Part shown: positions 39,647-53,500 of the stretch, in pieces
How positions within the stretch are numbered: the stretch's first letter is position 1
How the letters are laid out: the number at the start of each line of letters is the position of its first letter
Assembly (NCBI RefSeq): GCF_963921235.1
Contig: NC_086106.1
Coordinates: 22,878,001-22,942,000, forward strand
Length of the DNA stretch: 64,000 nt
Direction of reading: 5' to 3'
From: Mobula hypostoma
Lineage: Eukaryota
Notes under the pieces: generated by a model
Told to the model about the DNA's origin: nothing
The model's input: only the letters and a program-made list of their open reading frames with translations
Database searches by the model: none
Translations under genes and position numbers: made by a program

Positions 39647-41220
39647 TGTCACAATAGGGTGCTGGGAACGGACCCAACTGCAAGACACAGACACTGAAGT
39701 ACAAGGAACTGGACTTGACTCGAGTAGGGACGTAACAGGATTCACGCAAGGAGCAGGGACAAGAACCCAGGCTTGGGCTAGGAAAAGCGAGACCAGAAAT
39801 AGGAACCATCGACTAGAAGACAAGGCTTGGACTCCGAGCCAAAGACTGGACAAGGACCCAGAACCTGGGTCTTGCCTCAGGCTCGGATAGCAGAACTAGG
39901 CAAGGACATGTCGTAGCTTGAGCCTGGGACTTGGGTCTTGAGCTTGGCTTGGGATCCTCGAGGCTTGAGGTCTTGGGTCTTGAGCTTGGCTTGGGATCCT
40001 CGAGGCTTGAGGTCTTGGGTCTTGAGCTTGGCTTAAGACCCTCGATGCCTGGGGTCTTGGGTCTTGAGCATAGCTTGGGATCCTCGAGGCTTGGGGTCTT
40101 GGGTCTTAAGCTTGGGTGCAGGCTGGGTCCTTGGGACTTGAGCTTCGATTGGGATCCTCGAGGCTTGGGGTCTTGGGTCTAGCTTGGCTGAATGCTGAGA
40201 ATTTGGGACTTCAGCTTCGCTTAGGATCCTCAAGGCTTGGGTTCTTGGAGCTTGGCTTGCGATCCTCGAGGCTTGGTGTCTTAGAGCTTGAGCTTGGGAT
40301 CCTCGAGGCTTGGAATCTTGAGCTTGGTTTGGGATCTTCGAGGCTTGGGGTCTTGGGTCGTGAGCTTGGATTGGGATTTTTGAAGCCTAGGCTCTTGGGT
40401 CTTGAGCTTGGCTGCAGGACCTCGAAGCTTGGGCTGTTGGAGCTTGGCTGCGGGATCGTCGAGGCTTGGGTTCTTCAGTCTGGAGATTGGCTGCATGATC
40501 CTCGAGACTGGAGTTGTTGGAGCTCATAGACACTCTGGGAACCAAACATCAACATGGAGCCGGAACTTATCCAAAGACAAGCCGGGACTCAAATTCTCCA
40601 CACCAAGGTGGGACAGGTCCACCTGTTGGATAACGGTAGGACCTTCAGACTTCCCCAACAGAGGTAAATACAAGACATCTTTCCCCGCAGGGCAACGGCA
40701 TGACGGCCTGACTTACCCCAGGGAGGCGAGAACAAGAAGAGACAAACACCAAAGAGCAACAGACAGTTCCATCTCTACTCCGGGTTACTGTAAGTCTCGG
40801 TTCAGCCAACAACCCCAGCTGGCTACAGAAACAGCCGGATCCCTACATAGCCGGATCCCTACCTAGCTCGGAGGCAGATTGAGGCATCCACTGAGCTGGC
40901 CCGGGCAACAGCCGAATCCATACCGCAAAGAACACTCCAACGAGTGGCAGCAAGGCTCCATGAGGATGTGGTCCTCCAACCAGTCCTAGAGATCACAAAT
41001 GGTTTCACTAGGCTTCCATCAGCAGGTTGCTCCAAGGGGGACTGACGAGACAAACCAGCAGCCCACACGCTATCCCAAGGCTACTTATATTGCAAGCCCA
41101 AAGATGGGAATCAAGTGCCTTAGATTTAGTAAAACAAGGGACAGCTGGAAGACCCGGAGTCCTAAGTCCATGGACTGGGCCATGAACCGGAATACGGACT
41201 TAGCGGACCGGACAATGACA
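39647..41220 (-). mobile_element. Solo LTR-like element of the same family as 13407-15383, containing a 42-bp tandem array
   Basis: TGTCACA...TGACA ends. The reverse complement of 39830-39910 matches 15075-15150 (CATGTCCTTGCC...CCGAGCC.GAGGCAAGACCCAGG). The array unit is GGGTCTTGAGCTTGGCTTGGGATCCTCGAGGCTTGAGGTCTT at about 39920-40480. No clear target-site duplication. Confidence 0.8.
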
Positions 41221-42389
41221 TAATGAAAAAAAAAAGCATCAGTTTTCAATGATGAAGAGAATAGCTTTATAGTGCAATTTCCCTTTTTGTGGTAATGAAA
41301 TGTATTAAGTTACAATTACTCGGAAAATTGGTTTTGGGAAACCGGAAGTTCTGAAGGGAGATAAGTTATCTGGACCAAATAGTGTACGCCCGGGAGTTTT
41401 GAAATTTGTGGTTTCAGGGGTTGTGGGGTGATTATTAATGATCTTTCAAGTATTACTACATTCTGTAATGTTTCTGGAAGATAGCAACATTGAAACTGCC
41501 ACTCCGCTATTGAACAGAGAGAGATGCAGCATAATGAAAATTATACGCCTGTTAGTCTGACTTCATTGTTTAGGAACGTGATGGATTTGATTCATGGGTG
41601 TGTGGTTTCGGGGTACTTGGAGACAAATAATAAAGAAAAAAGGCAGTGGACGGCTTGGATTCGTCATGGGGAAATCTTGTCTAAGAAATCTGTTGGAATT
41701 ATTTGAAAATATAACAAGCAGGATAGACAATCGGTTGATTTGGTATATTTGGATTTTTCGGAACGCCCGTGAGAAGCCGTCACACCTGGGGCTGCTTAAC
41801 CGCTACGAGCCACTGGTATTACTTCGCAGATTCTGACATGGTTCAAGCAGTGTCTGACTGACAGAACACAAATAGTGAAAGTAATGGAGCCTTTTCTAGT
41901 TGACTGCTGGTCTTACACAGGGCACTGTGTTGGGTCCGATTATTTTTACGTTAATTGTAAATGACATGGATAATAGAATTATTGTCTTTGCAGGATTCGA
42001 AGGTAGTTCGAGGAAGGAAATTTTGAGAACTTAGGGAGGACAGGGTTGGACTTAGCCACGTTAGAAGAAAGGACAAAGAAAGGCAGATGGAACACAGTGT
42101 GGGGAACCGTAAGGGAAATGAACGTTTTGGCAAATTTCTAAATGGATAAACAATAGAGGTTAGACAGTCAGACAAAGGAAATAGGGAATGCTTGTGCAAC
42201 ATTCGCTGAACGTTAATATGCAGGTTGAGTCTGCGTTGAGGAATGCAAATGCGATGTTAACATTCATTTCAATAGGTCTAGGATATAAAAACAAGGATGT
42301 AATGTTGCGATTTTATAAAACACATCTGAAGTCTCGTTTAGAGTATGATGAGCAGCTTTAGGCCAGGATTTTAGAAATGTAAGTATGAG

Positions 42390-43250
42390 GTGCAATACTG
42401 TACAAAACGCAAGATATCTTGAATCAGGATTCTTTGTATACATTATACTGGTCTCTTAGTCCCATACATGACTTGCAGTGCAGAGGTATTGGAAAATACA
42501 TGCATACATAATAAATACAAACTCAATGTTTCTACTCCAAAAGAAAGCCATGCGAATTGCAAATAAGACAAGTTATTCTGAGTCAACCAATCAATTATTT
42601 CTGCAACTAAACACTCTAAAATTCAAAGATTTCGTAGATTTTAAAATAATTCAAAGTGTGTTTCAAGTTAAAAAAAAAATGGACAGTTACCACAAAGTAT
42701 GCACAGATTGGTTAAAATGAGAAAAAGTCAACTTGCTTTGAGAGGAACATGCATATTTCAAAAACAAAGGATAATAACACATGTAAAAATCATTGTATTT
42801 CAGTCAGAGGGGGAATCTATGGAACAGTTGCAGTAAGAAGGTAAAAGCTTGTACCACACATAGCAAGTTTAAAAATATATTTAGAAATAATATAACGAAC
42901 AAATATAAATGCAAACGATTAAAAATGAACTGGAGTCATGTAAATAAATGATACTTGGGATTGGATTTTAGTAGGAGGCGACCGTGTTGTAAAATAAATG
43001 TGCTGTCTTTTTTTTCTGAAATTGGCTCCTTCTACCTTAAAACTTACTCATCAATCAACCCCTTTAAGTAAGAGCAGAAGATGTAATAAGTTTTAGCTTC
43101 AGCCTGAACGCTTTCGGTCTGTTTAAAAAAATATTATTTAAATTTGTTTTATGAAATCATCGTTATGAAATAATAGTTGAAAATTATGCTTTTTGGTTTG
43201 TTTCTACAGACCGAAATAAAATTGAATTCATTCATTTAAACTCGAAAGAA
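42390..43250 (+). mobile_element. L2/Crack-like LINE 3' fragment
   Basis: NTNSMFLLQKKAMRIANKTSY.ESTNQLFLQLNTLKF resembles the C-terminus of L2/Crack-clade RT proteins. It is AT-rich and inserted in a CR1. Confidence 0.55.
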
Positions 43251-46200
43251 TTCAGGCGACGTTCAGGAAAATCATTTGAGGTTTGAAAGGATTGGCATAT
43301 AAGGAGCGTCTAATGATCCCGTGTGCATAGTCACGGGAAGTCGGAAGGAGGGGGGGGGGTTATCAATTGAAATCTATCCAATATTGAAAGCCTTGATAGC
43401 CGAGTATAGAGAAGATTCTTCCCTTGATGGGAGAATCTAAGACCAGAAGACGCCACCTCAGAATAAAAGGACTCATTTTAGAAAGAAATCAGGTGGACTT
43501 TATTTCGGCAGAGAGCGATGACTCTCCCTAAATCTTAGCCAAATGCAGGTGTAGACGGCAAGACCTTATGCATATTAGGCAGAACATTTATATATAATAG
43601 ATTAGTCAGGATTTAGGAGGCAATGGGCAGAAGCTAGAAGACTGGGGCTGAGAGGAAAATTGAATCTGCCATTATGAAATGGGGCAGCAGACTCGGTAGG
43701 TCAAATATCCTAATTCTGATTCAATACATCAATAGCAGAACACTGGAGACGCTACAACAGTAAACGCAATTCTATAAATAAAGAGTGCACTAATAAAGCC
43801 GATTCGCCACAAATAAAGAGAGATCAGGTACTTAATAGGGTAAGGCATCAAGGCAAATAAAGACTTGGAGCAAGTGGTTGAGGCTGGTTGGTTCTATGTT
43901 TGAGCAACTGGCTGCGGTTAGGAGCTTGTTTTAAATACGCAGCAGGTAATATGTTGGAAACTGTTGTCAGTTCACTCCTCTTCGCTATTCCGAAATTGAC
44001 AGTTCCCTGCTTTTGCTGCGCAGTCAAGGAACATGTTTCGATTTCAATACAGGTAAGCGGGATGAGATGCATTTCTATAAGATATACCAGGCTATGAATT
44101 ACCCAGTCCGTGGTAGGTTGAACTCATAGAGCAGAGACATTTGGGGAGAAGTGCATGTTTTCTTGGATGTGGTGAGAGATGTGAATGGACTGAAAAGAAG
44201 CTATACGCCTTGCCTGCCATAAGCGAATTCGATACTGAGATCAGGATATGATACCACTGTTATAACTGCGCGACGGCACCAACTGTAATTCCTAACATTC
44301 CAGTCGCCGTAGTTCAGAAGGAGGCAGATGGGTGGAGGAGAGAATTACAAAGGTGTTCAAAGTCTACCTTATGAGGAGATATCTAGTGCGTTTAGCTGAA
44401 AAATGCTGGCGGGTGGACTTTTGGAAATTCAAACAAACACTGGCCCAAACATTTTGTTTTCATTGTGAGCTGTGCTTCAATGCATGAGGAGTAAGCGGTG
44501 TGCATGGTTTATATTAAACAGTTTGCAGAACGTTCACAAATGTATCCTCACCATTAAAGACATGTATCGAGTGTAACCTGGTAATCTGGATTCAAAATTG
44601 GCTTCCCTACAGGAGGCTGGGCCTGACAATATAATGAGATTATTGGACAAATGCCGAAATGAGAAAGAGACTTTCATACATGGGTGTCGTTTTAGACCGG
44701 AGATGAGGATGGATTAATTTGGCCCGAGAGTGGGGAACCTGTGGAGTTCTTTGCAACAGATAGCTGTGTAGGCCAAATCTGTACCTGTACCTAAGACAGA
44801 GGTTGATAGATTCTTGATTGGTTAGGATAAAGGGGATACGGGGAGAAGAACGGTGGTTGGGAATGAGAAGCGACATGGATCAGCCATCATGAAATACCGG
44901 ACCAAGATCTGTGGGCCACAATGGTGTAAATTTCCTCAGTTTTTTTTTTTGTCTTTTTGTCTTATTCACTATAGGCATTGTTTTTGATACAGTGTGAACA
45001 ACATAGGGGAGACAGGACGCAGGTTGGGTGGCCACGTTATCGTGCAAAGTCGCTCTGTGTGCAGCAGGGAGGATTTCGATGTATCCCAACGATTTTAATT
45101 TAATTACTAAATCCCTTCCGTCATGGTGTCCATTCTTTCTTATTCTGCTGTGCTGAGGCATCGTTACACATTCGGTTTGGGTAGCGTCCAACATGTTGGC
45201 ATGAACATGGATTTCTCCAATCTCCCGTAATTTGTTGCATGTTTCGTTTACTCCAAATCCATTCCTCAATTCACGATGCCATTTATAGCCCTTTTCCTCT
45301 CCTCGTTTGCTTATCACGCTAATCTATGTGAGTGAGCATAGACTTGCACTCCATATTCAAAGCCCACAACGTTTCCTTCACGACTGTAACATAAGCTGAC
45401 ACCATAAGGAATCTAACAGATATCACTCTCAGTCAGTTATGAGCCCCGGCAAGAACACATCTCAGGTCAAGTAGTCAGGGTGTGTAAACACCTGCTCGCT
45501 GATATATTTACGGACTTCGCTAAACTTCACTTATTCAGATTTCGATCATCTACTATCATCCTAGTAACAAATAGATAAAAACCTTTGAAACTAAATTATA
45601 AACAACTACAGCTAGATAGCATTGACTCCAATGGCCATGAATTGCATTAGTCACACTGGAAACTAACCGTTATTTTGAACGACACATTAGCTCTACCTTG
45701 CGGAGTTTTCTGTGTTTGCGGATACATAAGTATTTGGAAAGACAACGACCGATATCAGATACGCAGCCTGTTTTCTTTATTGGGAGGTCGTGTCCCACCA
45801 ATCGTATCGAGTTTTTCAAGAGAACTACCAGTAATATTTATGAATACAAGGCAAAGAATGTCGTCTACATTGTCTTTAGCAGAGCCGTTGAGAAGTTCCC
45901 ACAGAGTGTCCGTCAAGAAGGTTCAGTCGTATTAAATTAAACAAGGCATTGGATTTTTGGGGGATCTACAAAGTGATAGTAGGTGTTGCCTCTCCGGTGG
46001 GAGCACTGCGACTTCTGGAGTACCAAAGGGATGTTGTGTGTAATCTATGTTGATGCTTCCGTTGTCAATGTTGTAAACTTGATGGAGAATTTGCTGATGA
46101 GTACAAGATTGAGGTGTAATGGAAAACGTGGAAAGTTATCATGGATTGCAGAGACATCTGGATCAGCGAGGAACCTGGTAGGAAACATGGCAAGTGCAAT

Positions 46201-47339
46201 GTGTTCAACTTCACCAACCAGGTTACTCTTACACTGCAAACGATAGGAAACAGAAGAATGTGGTTGAAAAAATAAAGGAATCTGAGATCATAGTTTCCCA
46301 ATTCTTTGAAAGTTGTATCACAGGTAAATTGGGACATACAGGAAGCTTTTGACACCTTATCTTTCAAAAAAAAACTAATACATGGTGCAGGAGAGGTGAG
46401 GACCAAGTTGGCTTATTTTCTGCAGTTCTGGTTAGCTGCCTGTTGGAAAGGTATAAGTAAGGTTGAAACACTGCAAAGAATATTTGTGAGAAAGTCTCCC
46501 GGTCTGGCAGACCTGAGTTATGAGGTAAGGATGAATAAGTTAGCACTTCATTCCTCAAACTTAGATATTTGAGCGGAGATCTGACAGAGGTATACAAATT
46601 CATCAGGTGTATTGTCGTGGAAACACTAACCAACAACACCAGTGACTTCGAGTTTTGTTTTCACATATCATGAAGAGTCTGAAGCAGTTACCACCGTCAC
46701 CAAAACTCTGATTTTTAGATTGTACAGAGCTCATGTTAATAAAGAAAGATAAACAACTTCATATCACTTTGTTTGGCATCCCATGGTCAGTACATGTTCA
46801 ATCGTTTAAAAGACACGTGGATTATCTCTCAGCGTGAGTCTAACAGTTATTATTGTTGCCTTTTATTGGGATTCATAATTTACCCCTATAGGCTTCCTCA
46901 CTCCTGATTCCAGAGTCCTAGTATCTTTTTTTTTCGAATTTTTGGTACTGCGCCTGCACTCGAAGGTTAATCTCAACATGCATTAGCATTCGTATGCCCA
47001 GCTTCTCCAGAATCGTCAAGTATCCCAATCAGGCTTACATTCACTTAGCTTGGATGGGAATATAAGCAGAAGTCATGCGTTAAGGGTGAAACGTCAAAAG
47101 TTTCAAAGAAACGTGAGAGGAAACCTCTTGATTAAGAAGCCATGAGATTATGTGATGAGCTGCCAGCATACATGGTGCATATAAACTCGATTTTAAAAGT
47201 TAAGCTAAGTGTGGATAATTACATGGATTCTAGCGTATGAAGGGTGGTCCGGTGCAGGTCGAAACGACGAAGCAGTTTATGACTCTATGGCTTTATACGT
47301 TTTATAACTCCAAGAACCTATGACATATGCCATGATACC

Positions 47340-47860
47340 TATCATGCACCTGACCACAGCACGTTTTTAAAGGAGGGACATTTGTGTCAGTATGTTGTTT
47401 CTAGATGTCAGTTCGATATTCAACACTGTTTTCCCATAGACGTTTGCCGGAAGACCCCTACTGCTCGTTCTAAGAATAGTACTGCGAAATTGTACACAAC
47501 GATGCTGGACTTCCAAATCATCTATAAGTGGACAGCATACAGGACAATTCACCATCTCCAACACCTTTAACACGGATGCCACAGAGAATTGTGCGCTGAA
47601 TCCATTGTTGCCTGCTTAGTTCAGAAACGACCACACGGCCAAAGTCCTGAACAAAAATATTGTCAGGTCCGTCGAATGCACGGCAATAGTGAGACTCAGC
47701 ACCGAGGAGGTGCAAGAGCTTGCAACTGGACTGCATGGAATTAATTCCTTATTTTCCGTCTGGGTAACCTCCCACGTGGTGGCATGAACATTGACTTCTC
47801 TAACTCCCGTAAATGTCCCACCTCCCCTTCCTACCCCAAACTTTACCTTTATATTATTAC

Positions 47861-47902
<42 letters not shown>

Positions 47903-48290
47903 TACTATTATTACTTTTTTTCTCTCTCCCTATTTTCTCGCTATGTCCCTCTCACTATAACTCCTTGAGCATCCTCTGGGCTCTCACCCCACCCCCCGCC
48001 GACCTCCCCGTTCCGCTTTATTTCTCCCTAGGCCTCCCGTCCTATGATCCTCTGCCTTCTCCAGCCTCGTATCCCTTTTGCCAATCAACTTTCCAGCTCT
48101 CAGCTCCATCCCTCCCCCTTCTGGTCTTCTCCTATCATTTTGGATCCCCCCCTCCCCCTCCCACTTGCAAAACTATTACTATCTCTTCATTCAGTTAGTC
48201 CTGACGAATAGTTTCGGGCTGAAACGTCGACTGTACCTCTTCCTATAGATGCTGCCTGGCCTGCTGCGTTCACCAGCATTTTTATGTGTG
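47340..48290 (+). mobile_element. Rex1/Babar RT fragment followed by a Penelope-like terminal fragment containing a (TTA)n microsatellite (about 47853-47913)
   Basis: Decayed VSMLFLDVSSIFNT motif, then GAAACGTCGACTGTACC...GATGCTGCCTGGCCTGCTGCGTTCACCAGC, related to the tail at 3030-3110 and (inverted) 48950-49090. Confidence 0.6.
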
Positions 48291-48888
48291 TTCCACGGAA
48301 TTGATGTCTGCATAAAAGTCATCAAAACAAAGCAGATGGCGATTTACTTTTGGGCAACACTGGCTGCTCACACCATTGTGTGCATTAGCACGGTTTAACT
48401 CGCCGGGGCGCGTTTCTCTCACAACATTCGCGGTCCCAGGGCAAACCATAGAACCAGGAAAGGCTAATAGCCTCTGTGTTTTTTTTTTTTGTCCCCTGAG
48501 GGAAAGGTAGCTGAATTAGGCGTATCTATACTCACAACTATCTACCGACGCTTATGTGGAGAATAACCTAACTTGCTGCAACACTGCCGAGCCCAGAGAC
48601 AACTCCTCAGCGGACAGGGAGGGTTTATAGTAGTTAATCAGTACTTCCCAATCATAACCAGCTCTAGCTTGCACGACAACAAGGACATAGATACAGAATA
48701 ATTCCAGAAAACGATCAGTGATATCATGAAGGAAGCCACTCACCCAGCTCGAAAACGACTTGACACATACACAGCAGGATGGAGGCCAGACAGCCTCCAG
48801 ATCGGCATCGCCAGCCTCCAAAATAGTTGTGGTTACCAAGGTAAATGAGGCTGTAAAACAGTGCAAGCGCTAAATTAAGAGAGAAAGA

Positions 48889-48926
<38 letters not shown>

Positions 48927-49585
48927 AACCGAGCACGGTTCACACTCACACAAGCACGAGGAAATCTGCAGCTGCTGGAATTTCAAGCAACACACACAAA
49001 ATACTGGTGGAACGGAGCAGGCCAAAACAGCATCCATAGGAGGAAGCACAGTCGACGTTTCAGGCCGAGTCCGTTCGTCTGGACTAACTGAAAATAAAGA
49101 GAGAGTAAGTGATTTGAAAGTGGGAGGGGGAGAGGGTAATCAGAACTTTCCAGTTCTTAGCTCCATCCCTCTCCCTCCTGTCTTCTCCTATCATTTTGGA
49201 TCTCCTCCTCCCCCTCCCGGGGTGGAGTGGGGGCGCAAAGTGTACTTGTGGGAGGGACAGACAGAGAAAATACAGTTAGAAAATAAAAAAAGAAAAAAAT
49301 GAAAGAAATACACAAATAAATATATAAACAAGCAAACAGACAAACAAACAAACAAATAAATACATAAATAATTAAATAACAATCAATCAATGAGGGATGG
49401 GGTAAGAACGGGAGCAGGGGCATTATCGGAAGTTAGAGGGTCACTGTTGATGTCAGCATGTTGGATTGACACTCATCTCTGCACCAAAAGCACAACAGAT
49501 GCGAAACAAAGGAAAATATCATTCTGATTTGCCTCTATGTCCATACGCTCCCAAACAAGTATGCGCCCATACACAGTTTCTCTGT

Positions 49586-49784
49586 NNNNNNNNNNNNNNN
49601 NNNNNNNNNNNNNNNNNNNNNNNNNNNNNNNNNNNNNNNNNNNNNNNNNNNNNNNNNNNNNNNNNNNNNNNNNNNNNNNNNNNNNNNNNNNNNNNNNNNN
49701 NNNNNNNNNNNNNNNNNNNNNNNNNNNNNNNNNNNNNNNNNNNNNNNNNNNNNNNNNNNNNNNNNNNNNNNNNNNNNNNNNNNN
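49586..49784. other. Assembly gap (N run), about 240 bp downstream of the intact V RSS
   Basis: 199 Ns. Confidence 1.
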
Positions 49785-50027
49785 TTTGAATTTTAGCGCT
49801 GATATTTCCCTTGCCATGTTAACGTATATTTCACAAATTAAATGAGATAGCAGAGGCTGTAGATCTCACTACGACAATGGAAAGAACAGTGCGGTTACAG
49901 CATTGATGTGTCTTCGTAGACGAAGGCGAGGGAAATTTCAGCAGGTACTCTTAAGTGGCGGGAAACCACAATTAGAAATGAAGTGTATAAATATGCAGCG
50001 ATCAAGGCATGGATTCTACAGTAAATG

Positions 50028-50066
50028 AGTTTTTGTGCGAGCATTTAACTAGAATACATCACTGTG
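50028..50066 (-). other. V(D)J recombination signal sequence, 23-bp spacer
   Basis: The minus strand reads CACAGTG (consensus heptamer) + ATGTATTCTAGTTAAATGCTCGC (23 nt) + ACAAAAACT (8/9 consensus nonamer), directly after TGT GCC CTA AGG CA. Confidence 0.95.
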
Positions 50067-50516
50067 TGCCTTAGGGCACAGTAATAAACCGCAGAGTCGC
50101 TTAGTTGCAGCTCTGAGATGATGACACTAAATACTTTGTTTCCCCTGTTCAGAGACACTTTGAAGCGTCTTTTGGCAAATTCGGCTTTATTTTCATTTTC
50201 ACCAGTATCTCTGTACAGTATGTACTGGAGACTTTGTTCTGGCCTTTGTCGATACCAATATAAAGTATAGCTGTTCCATGTAGTATCATAGGTGCAGCTG
50301 AAAGTCACAGCCTCTTCTTCTGTCTTCACTTCTGGTGACATTATCTGAGTGACAGAGTTTCCGTGACTTGTACCTGAAAAAAAATACCAAAACATGAAAT
50401 GTTATATTGAAGGTTTTTTTTTTAGAACTCAGTTTCAAGAAGACTTTTGAATTGTCTGCTGCGTACAAACCAGTTAAACATGCTCCGCACACAATCCAGA
50501 AGACGAATCTCCACAT
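50067..50516 (-). CDS. TRAV/TRDV: Intact T-cell receptor alpha/delta variable gene segment (leader exon 50516-50471, 97-nt intron, V exon 50373-50067)
   Basis: The leader ATGTGG...TTAACTG ends at a phase-1 GT donor and the acceptor is TTTTTTTTCAG|GT. Spliced in frame: MWRFVFWIVCGACLTGTSHG-NSVTQ...VTFSCTYDTTWNSYTLYWYRQRPEQSLQYIL...DSAVYYCALR. Both canonical Cys, the WYRQ Trp and the YYCAL end typical of TRAV/TRDV are present, with no stops. Alpha versus delta use cannot be resolved from sequence. Confidence 0.93.
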
Positions 50517-53500
50517 TATTTTTAAGAAGAACGGTTGAATGATTTTCTCCTCAACAAGTTGTCGCCGGGGTTTGGAACTTTCCGATTCTGCTGTTTAAGT
50601 GCTATAATGGGCAAGAAATGAAAAGCGCCCAATGGGAATGCAGCTTCTTGATACATGCTCCGCCTATTGCCCCAGATGCGACAGGTCCCTGTACATCAAG
50701 GAAAGATCGTCACACCCTGCTCCCTGACGGAGACAGCCCTCTGACAACATGAGCCTGCAGCTCAAGAAAATGATTTTTCCCCCCCCCGTGGTACAGTCGA
50801 TCGACATGCAAAAAAGATATACAGTGGAAATAATAAAGGAGAGCTTCTTGCCGACTTTCAGAAAAGCACCGATAACTACGAGGGCCAATCTCAGACGCAA
50901 GTCGGTTCCTGAGACATATGTTGTAAAGCACATTCTCCGGATATTTCATAGAGACAAACAATGCTAAAATAAATTGACCACTTCACTAAGGAACTACAGT
51001 TCTGTATGTTGGAGCTATTGCCCTTGTAATAGTATATACTTATCTCTGCTTCACGGTTTTTAACCTTTCGCACTAACCATTGCTGATTCATTCTCTACGC
51101 ATCGGTGGCTGTGTATGTGTGTTGGTATCAATTACAACTCGCGCTCCCGCGTGCGCGCGTATACGTGTGTATCTCTGTGTGTGTGTCTGTGTGTTTGTGT
51201 GTCTTTGTGTGTGTGCTCACATCCTGTCATTCCTTAATTCGTTATCTATTGCTGTTTCAGTGATAATTGAGCTGAGCAACATCCTGTGTAGCGTTTTGAG
51301 TGCACGCGCCAAGATAGGTTGAGTTCGACGGTGTGGCGCAATAAGACAAATAGTCCTCTAAAATATTTACATGTAATCCCTCAAGCTTTCTGCAGCTCAG
51401 CGTACACCTGCCGAGATATTTTGGAAAACATTGGACACATTGCAACAGATATGTGAGACATATGTCAGTATGCTGAAAGAAATGTTCACTCCCTTTCAGG
51501 TATGTATATTTGAATGTCTTGTCTGCCAGTTCTCAACCATTAATTCAACCGAAACTTGACTGGCTCAACGTATTACGGCGGTTACGCTTCTCGCCTCTCC
51601 CTGAAAATAAAGACGATAAAATCTTCGATAACTTAACAGTGCATGAGCTCCACGGTACAAAGATCGCCCATTTTTACAGAGTCTCAGTGGGCAGTACGAC
51701 CAAATTAATCGGTAAGGAGCACAAAGAATGAATGCCGTATAGGATATAGTTCTTCCTCCTTCACTTTCTGGGCATCTCGCTCACACTCTCTCTCTGCCAC
51801 TCTCAAATTTCTGCCTGCATTAATATCCCTGTATATCTTACTGTTTATCAATACTGTCTTTCATTCTCTATCAATTTCGTTATCCTTCCACTTCCAGGTC
51901 TCTGCCTTCCTCTCTCCATGAATATCTTCCCATTTTCTATTGTCCACTTCTGGTTCCTTGTAATATGTGTCGTTTTGTTAATTTACTCTTGTTTACATAC
52001 AGACCGTCTCTTTCTCCAACTCCCTCTCTCGCTCTCCCCATCTATCTTCTCCTTAACTCTTTGTTATTTTCTCACTGCCTGTCTCTCCAGCCATTCTATC
52101 TACCTGTCGTTTTCTTTGTTTGTCTCGCTGTTTGTCTGCTACGTATCTGTCCGTAATTTCGTCTTTTCCATTATTTACCCTCTCTCTTCATCTCTCGCCT
52201 TCTGTATTCTTTGTGTTTGTGGTTTGTGTGTTCATTGTGTTATCACCTCCCATCTTTACACTCATCGCTGTCTCTTTCCCTTTGAGCCTGTTACTCTGGC
52301 AGTATTTCCACGTTTTATTTTCTCACTAAAGATGTTCTCCCACTGAGAGCTTCCTAACTATAGGACTTTCAATTGACTCGTGATCCCTCTAGGACTGGAC
52401 ATACGTGTCTATTCCTGTCTGTTTCTGTGTTTTCTTCTTAGAGAAAAAAAAAAAAGCTTCTCTTCCCTCTCTAGCATTAATTGTGTGCCTGTCTATCCAC
52501 TTGGACGCCACGAAGGCCTGCGGATGGCTCGGCTTTACTATAGTTTGTGTCATTTCGGAATTCATAGTTCATTTATGGCGCTGTGAAGTAACCGTGTAAG
52601 TCTGCACAGTCGAATATGTGGAGGTTACCTGGAGACAGTGGTTTCCTTGGCAATTGAAAGAATGCGGGGTGGGTTAATTGGAGAATGTAAATTGTTCTAT
52701 GATGATAATCTGTTTTGACGGTGGTTGCAGGGGAAGCGTGGTTAAAGATTTGTTAGGCCGTCCTCCGCGCAGTATCACTACTATTGAGGGAAACAACACA
52801 TTTGCTAAATGTACCGATTTTTTTTAAGCGAAAGGCCATTAACGTCACACATTCCATCTGCAAATATGCTTTGCGAGAGTTGCTGTAGTTGTTTTTTTTT
52901 TCTCATTTCTTTTTCTGGATCTTTCGAGAAGATGACACACTGAACCAATTTCCCCCGGGATCAATAAAGTATGAGTATGAGTATGACTATGACTCTAATT
53001 GTTTGCATGAAAAATCGATTCGCAGATATATCGGGGACGGGAATGTTATTACGACCGTGAATGCGATGATAAATTTTCTCGCTCCTCATTGCAAAAATCT
53101 GCTGGACACCTATCTCACGAATCCAAGTCCGCCTCATTTTAGCCTTATCACGATACATTGAAGGGAAAGCATTGGTTCCAAGCAATTGTTAACATTTTCA
53201 ACTTCCCAGTCGCTTTCATTTTCGCCAGAATGGAGAACTCAACAGATTGTACTCTGCAGCACTATTCTGAACAGAATGGACGATACATTCTATCGCCCTG
53301 CATACACAAGAGGTCTGAATCGATGAAACATGAGTCCGGGCAGATGGATAGGTGATTGATAGGTCAGGAATATGAACCTTCATGGTCTTCACTGCAATAA
53401 TGCACAAACTCATTCTCTCTGTTCCTCTCTATACTAATCTTTTTTTTTTCTTTTTTTTTAATTGATCTATAGTGTATCATGATCTAGAATCATTTCCGAA

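Larger units (their letters stand above)
38400..43700 (+). mobile_element. Old CR1 interrupted by a solo LTR (39647-41220), a 164-bp templated fragment and an L2-like fragment
   Basis: ORF1-like LIPGLLPV at about 38550, then ENYTPVSLTS and GKSCLRNLLELFE at 41530-41710, and 3' motifs at 42200-42370 and 43270-43700. Confidence 0.7.

Noticed and set aside
46820-46870. IISQRESNSYYC, framework-3-like
   Set aside because: Isolated motif with no heptamer and no upstream V framework.
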